From assembly GCA_963666285.1 (NCBI GenBank), contig OY762711.1: 64,000 bases of DNA. The stretch is one strand, 5' to 3'. A program made the position numbers and the translations under genes. Numbering within the stretch: the first letter of the stretch is position 1; each line of letters opens with the position of its first letter. Source of the stretch: Sedimentisphaerales bacterium. Its GTDB lineage: Bacteria > Planctomycetota > Phycisphaerae > Sedimentisphaerales > SM23-30. Shown here in pieces: positions 59,421-64,000 of the stretch. The notes beneath the pieces were generated by a model. That model saw only the letters and a list, made by a program, of their open reading frames with translations, was not told the origin of the DNA and ran no database searches.

Positions 59421-59920
59421 TTTTACCTCAAACCGTTAGGGCTGACTAATTTTGAACACGTTGTCTAAGCTGATTATTTGTACCGAGCCTGCTTTGGTGT
59501 AAGCATTAACTCCTGTAAAAATAATCACAAATTACAAAGCTAAAAGTAAAATAGCACACGGCAAAACACGATACAATCGCAAAATAAAATACAACAGCAT
59601 ATATAGGGTTATTTTTTTTGAGGCCATACGGTAGGCCCTTTTTGCCACTTAAAACTCGTTATTTTATCTGGATTTTATAACGAGTAATTGTTGGCAAATC
59701 AGATTAGGATACTAATTTTCCACAGCTAGCCTCAAAGTATTGTTAAATAGAGACTTAATATTTATTTGCACGATTCAAGCGTAATTGGTATATTAGTATT
59801 TTTATGCGATTTTTAGGTAAATATGCCTGAAAAATGGGAATAACTTTGGCTAAATTGCTATTATTGCAGCCTGTTCCAGCCAGGTTGTAATTACTTGTTA
59901 TGTAAAGGATTATATAATAC

Positions 59921-62653
59921 ATGGAATTTAAGCTTACATTGGCTCGGTTAGAGAGCCTGTTAATGACCGCTTGTGACGATCTGCGCGGCAGCATGGATGC
60001 AAGCGAATATAAAGAATATATATTCGGTATGCTGTTTCTCAAGCGTGCCAGTGACTTATTTGATCAGCGTCAGGCAGAACTTAGAAAAGAGTTGTCAGAT
60101 CAGGGAATGTCTGATTCTGATATAGCAATAGAACTTGACGACCCGGATAACTATTCCGGCAAATACTTCTATGTACCTGCAAGGGCACGGTGGAATGTTG
60201 GTTGGTCAGAGGAAGTTATTAAAGATGGTGAGACTAAGACTATTGAGCACCCGGCTTTGAAGCATGTAAAAGAAAATGTCGGTACAACTCTGAATAAAGC
60301 TTTAGAAGCTATCGAGGATGCTAACCTTGACGCACTAGAAGACGTTCTAAAAGGTATTAACTTTAACCGCAAGATTGGCCAGCGTACCCTGGACGATGAT
60401 ACATTATCGAATTTTGTCCAAAACTTTGAAAAAATACCTCTAAAAGACGACGACTTTGAATTCCCTGACCTGCTTGGCGCAGCTTATGAATGGCTGATAA
60501 AATACTTTGCTGATTCTGCCGGTAAAAAGGCCGGTGAGTTTTATACACCTACTGAGGTTGTAAGGATATGCGTAGAAATATGTAATCCTCAGGAAGATAT
60601 GAGCGTCTATGACCCTACTGTTGGTTCCGGCGGTATGCTTATCCAGACCCGCGACTATCTGCGTGAAAATGGCAAAAAGGCCGAGGAGGTTGCATTATAC
60701 GGTCAGGAAAAGATTGGTACCACCTGGTCGATCTGTAAGATGAATATGCTGCTGCATGGCATATCACATGCCGATATACGTCAGGAAGATACCATACGAG
60801 AGCCGCAACATTTAGATGAAACCAACGAGCTGAAACGCTATGACCGGGTACTTGCAAATCCTCCATTCAGTCAGAACTATATCAAAAAAGACCTGAAATT
60901 CCCCGGTCGTTTCCCGGTAATGATGCCTGAAAAAGGCAAAAAAGCCGATCTTATGTTTGTACAGCATATGCTCTCTGTTCTCAAGCATAATGGCCGTCTG
61001 GCGACGGTAATGCCGCACGGTGTATTATTTCGCGGTGGTGAAGAAGCAGAAGCTCGTAAATATTTTATTGAGCATGGCTACCTGGAGGCAATTATAGGCC
61101 TGCCGAGTAATTTATTCTATGGTACTGGCATTCCCGCCTGTATCCTGGTTCTGAATAAAGACGGTGCAGCTCAACGCGATCACGTGTTATTTATCAATGC
61201 TGATCGGGAATATCGTGAGGGCAAAGCCCAGAACCACATCAGGCCTGAGGATATTGATAAGATTATCCATGCCTATCGCAGCGGAGAGGATATTCCCGCT
61301 TATGCCCGAAATGTGCCAAAAGCAGAAATAGCTGACGAAGGTTATAACTGCAATATTCGCCGATATGTAGATAATGCACCTCCGCCGGAGCCGCATGATG
61401 TGCGGGCTCATTTGCATGGCGGGGTACCAATTGTTGAGGTTGACAGCCTTGAGCATTTCTGGTCGAACTATGAGGGTTTGCGTGAAGATTGCTTTGTACC
61501 GCGAGATGAGACCTATCTCGATATTGCCCCGGCAATCAGTGAAAAACGCGAAATAGCAGATTTTATCAAAACGCATAAGTCTGTTACAGTCAGACATGAT
61601 CAATTTATGCAGCAGATTGAAACATGGTGGCAGAAGAATCTGCCAATAGTAGAGTCACTTGCTCCAGATGCTGAAAATCAGAGCGAAAGCTCTGGAAATG
61701 TTTATATTATGCGCAGCAGCCTGCTGCGTAGTATTGCCGAGGAACTGTCAGGCCAGAATCTGCTGACTAACTTCCAGGTAAGAGGTGCATTTGCGAATTA
61801 TGTTGATATCTTAAAGGCTGATTTCAAATCTATCGCTGCCAGTGGTTGGGGGCCAGAACTCATCCCGGATGAAGATATATTACAAAGTCAGTTCCCGGAA
61901 GTTCTGGAAGAATTGGAACAGGCACATAGTCGTATAGCAGAGCTTAACGCTCTCTTTGCTGCTGCCGATGAAGAAGACTTTGAAGATACCGAAGATACCG
62001 GGGTATTGCCAGGCTCTGAGGTGAAAGCAAAAAAAGAAGACCTGAAAGCCGCCATAGCCAAATGGAAAGCACACCTCAAAGAAATAAAGGCTCTGGCTGG
62101 CAATATTTATATCGAACTAAAAGCAGCAGGACAATTACCTAAGGATAAGAAAAAGGCATATTATTGCAGTGAGGGTCTGTCTCAGACAGATCCGGAGTTT
62201 GATAACGGCAATCGCATACTCGAATTAGCAGAAACTTCTGGTCTTCAATCTGAATATACTTCTAATATGGCCGATGAGATCCAGCAGGGCAAGGTTGCTT
62301 ATAGCCGGGCTCAGTCTATATTGAACAGCCTTACCAGACACAAAAGGCTGGAAGATGAAGCCAAAGAGCTAAAAGCCAAAATCAGAGCTATCGAAAATAA
62401 ACGCGATGAACTGGTAGAAAGTGCCAGGCTAAAGATATCTGACGATGAGGCCAGAGGTGTTATACTTGAACGGCTGCAAAAGGTACTGATGCGAACCTAT
62501 CAGGCTTATCTGCGAGCTGATGAACGGGCTTGTATAAAAGCAATAGAAAACCTCTGGAATAAATACGCAGTAACAGCTAAAACCATAACAGAACAGCGTA
62601 ATGCAGCTTCTGATAAACTGAATGAGTTTATGAAGGAGCTGGGTTATGAGTGA
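59921..62653 (+). CDS. hsdM: Type I R-M methyltransferase subunit, long form (910 aa)
   Basis: [44 protein letters not shown] (N6-adenine), PHGVLFRGG and NLFYGTGIP. Confidence 0.95.
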   Translation: MEFKLTLARLESLLMTACDDLRGSMDASEYKEYIFGMLFLKRASDLFDQRQAELRKELSDQGMSDSDIAIELDDPDNYSGKYFYVPARARWNVGWSEEVIKDGETKTIEHPALKHVKENVGTTLNKALEAIEDANLDALEDVLKGINFNRKIGQRTLDDDTLSNFVQNFEKIPLKDDDFEFPDLLGAAYEWLIKYFADSAGKKAGEFYTPTEVVRICVEICNPQEDMSVYDPTVGSGGMLIQTRDYLRENGKKAEEVALYGQEKIGTTWSICKMNMLLHGISHADIRQEDTIREPQHLDETNELKRYDRVLANPPFSQNYIKKDLKFPGRFPVMMPEKGKKADLMFVQHMLSVLKHNGRLATVMPHGVLFRGGEEAEARKYFIEHGYLEAIIGLPSNLFYGTGIPACILVLNKDGAAQRDHVLFINADREYREGKAQNHIRPEDIDKIIHAYRSGEDIPAYARNVPKAEIADEGYNCNIRRYVDNAPPPEPHDVRAHLHGGVPIVEVDSLEHFWSNYEGLREDCFVPRDETYLDIAPAISEKREIADFIKTHKSVTVRHDQFMQQIETWWQKNLPIVESLAPDAENQSESSGNVYIMRSSLLRSIAEELSGQNLLTNFQVRGAFANYVDILKADFKSIAASGWGPELIPDEDILQSQFPEVLEELEQAHSRIAELNALFAAADEEDFEDTEDTGVLPGSEVKAKKEDLKAAIAKWKAHLKEIKALAGNIYIELKAAGQLPKDKKKAYYCSEGLSQTDPEFDNGNRILELAETSGLQSEYTSNMADEIQQGKVAYSRAQSILNSLTRHKRLEDEAKELKAKIRAIENKRDELVESARLKISDDEARGVILERLQKVLMRTYQAYLRADERACIKAIENLWNKYAVTAKTITEQRNAASDKLNEFMKELGYE

Positions 62654-63920
62654 GTGGGTAGAGGCTACAGTAAAGGATGTGACAAAATATCAGAAAGCTG
62701 GAGGTACACCAAATACTAGTGTTAGCTCATATTATGGGGGCAGTATACCTTTTGTAATTATTGAGGATATGTCAAGCTGTTCGAAATATCTAACTTCAAC
62801 GAGAGACACGATAACGCAGTATGGGCTTAAAAATAGTTCTGCCTGGGTTATAACTGAGCCACATGTACTATATTCAATGTACGCTACGGTTGGAAAGCCT
62901 GCAATTAACTGCATATCTTGTGCTACTAATCAAGCCATTATTGCCCTTAAAGAAAATTCATTAATACTACGGGAGTTTTTATATTATCAATTGTTATTTA
63001 TTAGGCCATTTGTATACAAGTATACTTCGCAAACGACTCAATCTAATCTTAATGCTACTATTGTTAGAAATTTACCAATTAAGTACCACAGGGATATTTT
63101 AGTTCAAGATAAAATAGCTACCATTCTCCAAACTATCGATGATGCTATCGAAAAGACCGAGGAGCTTATAGCTAAATACCAGCAGATTAAGGCAGGCATG
63201 ATGCATGATTTGTTTACCAGAGGGCTTACACCAGATGGTAAACTGCGACCAACCAGAGAGCAGGCCCCTGAGCTATATTATGAAACACCTATCGGCTGGA
63301 TACCGAAAGAGTGGGAAGTTAACGCTTTTGGAGCATTGTTTGATATTCAGCTAGGAAAAATGTTAAGTAGAGCTGCTAAAACAGGAAAGTGGAATGCTTT
63401 TTATTTAGCAAATAGAAATATTCAGTGGGATGATATTGACTTTTCCGATTTAGAAGTTATGGATTTTCTTCCTCACGAACGTGAGAAATATAAACTATTT
63501 GAAGGGGATTTACTTGTTTGTGAGGGTGGAGAAGTTGGACGGACTGCGATATGGAGAAATGTAATGGATAATTGCTTCTATCAGAAAGCTATTCATAGAC
63601 TAAGAGCTAAATCAAATATTTCCCCTGAGTACGTATTACGATATATGCAATATGCAAAACTAAATTGTTTGTTTAATAATTATGTGTCACAAACCAGCAT
63701 AGCACATTTAACACGAGAAAAGTTGTCTCAAATTTTAATGCCTGTTCCCCAAACAGATGAACAAGAAAATATTAAAAACTATTTTGACGGCATTGATTCT
63801 AAAATTAAATCAGAAAAACAATTCCTTAATAAGCAGATATTATTAAAACAAGGCTTAATGCATGATCTGTTAACCGGCAAGGTGCCGGTTAGTGTAGATG
63901 AAGAGGTTGATAATGTCTGA
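62646..63920 (+). CDS. hsdS: Type I R-M specificity subunit
   Basis: Two AT-rich TRDs (GGTP.., NQAI.., QSNLN) separated by the conserved helix [33 protein letters not shown]-terminal [13 protein letters not shown]. Overlaps hsdM. Confidence 0.95.
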   Translation: MSEWVEATVKDVTKYQKAGGTPNTSVSSYYGGSIPFVIIEDMSSCSKYLTSTRDTITQYGLKNSSAWVITEPHVLYSMYATVGKPAINCISCATNQAIIALKENSLILREFLYYQLLFIRPFVYKYTSQTTQSNLNATIVRNLPIKYHRDILVQDKIATILQTIDDAIEKTEELIAKYQQIKAGMMHDLFTRGLTPDGKLRPTREQAPELYYETPIGWIPKEWEVNAFGALFDIQLGKMLSRAAKTGKWNAFYLANRNIQWDDIDFSDLEVMDFLPHEREKYKLFEGDLLVCEGGEVGRTAIWRNVMDNCFYQKAIHRLRAKSNISPEYVLRYMQYAKLNCLFNNYVSQTSIAHLTREKLSQILMPVPQTDEQENIKNYFDGIDSKIKSEKQFLNKQILLKQGLMHDLLTGKVPVSVDEEVDNV

Positions 63921-64000
63921 ATATACAGAAGTTGAGCAGCCGTTTTTAGAGCAGTTGACCGATCTGGGCTGGACATGTATCGATCAGGGGCCAGATATAC
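63913..64000 (+). CDS. hsdR: Start of type I R-M restriction subunit (truncated by window end)
   Basis: [20 protein letters not shown] is a typical HsdR N-terminus; overlaps the hsdS stop. Confidence 0.75.
   Translation, partial: MSEYTEVEQPFLEQLTDLGWTCIDQGPDI

Larger units (their letters stand above)
55668..64000. mobile_element. tRNA-integrated element, phage-satellite (PICI)-like, with probable type I R-M cargo; right end beyond window
   Basis: Integrase abutting the tRNA 3' half, xis, HTH rep with iterons, AlpA-type HTHs and a cos-like motif, with no virion genes, then hsdM-hsdS-hsdR. No attR seen in the window. Confidence 0.75.

Noticed and set aside
2206..62914. Numerous short antisense or overlapping ORFs inside long genes (e.g. 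2231-2761, 20831-21394, 25922-26428, 54382-54933)
   Set aside because: They are shadow ORFs of well-supported genes, with no motifs or RBS.

Overview
Bacterial chromosomal window, AT-rich overall. It is most consistent with an anaerobic Planctomycetota/Phycisphaerae-like genome; this is an inference from gene repertoire and integrase type, not a database result. The housekeeping backbone includes mutL, addA, an [FeFe]-hydrogenase large subunit with a NuoE-like partner, a LolE-type permease, lpxD-lpxI, pfk, mraY-thiL, dnaG-rpoD, a tricorn-like S41 protease, an ABC-F protein, rmuC, an M3 oligopeptidase, an ftsQ-like gene with ddl, ispG and 5-formyl-THF cyclo-ligase, plus GH43 and GH27 glycoside hydrolases. 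Accessory features are: (i) a GntR-SBP / TonB-like-VWA / ExbB / MoxR cluster; (ii) a ~1.9 kb non-coding stretch containing a mosaic of shuffled hairpin and short-tandem-repeat modules; (iii) a decayed integrase at tRNA-Glu(CTC); (iv) a related, more complete integrative element at tRNA-Ile2(CAT). This last element looks like a phage satellite (PICI-like). It has an integrase that ends inside the tRNA and carries one in-frame TAG, an excisionase, a lambda cosQ/cosN-like motif, an HTH replication initiator with internal iterons and an AT-rich tract, AlpA-type regulators, an IS200 insertion, and a type I restriction-modification system that runs off the window end.
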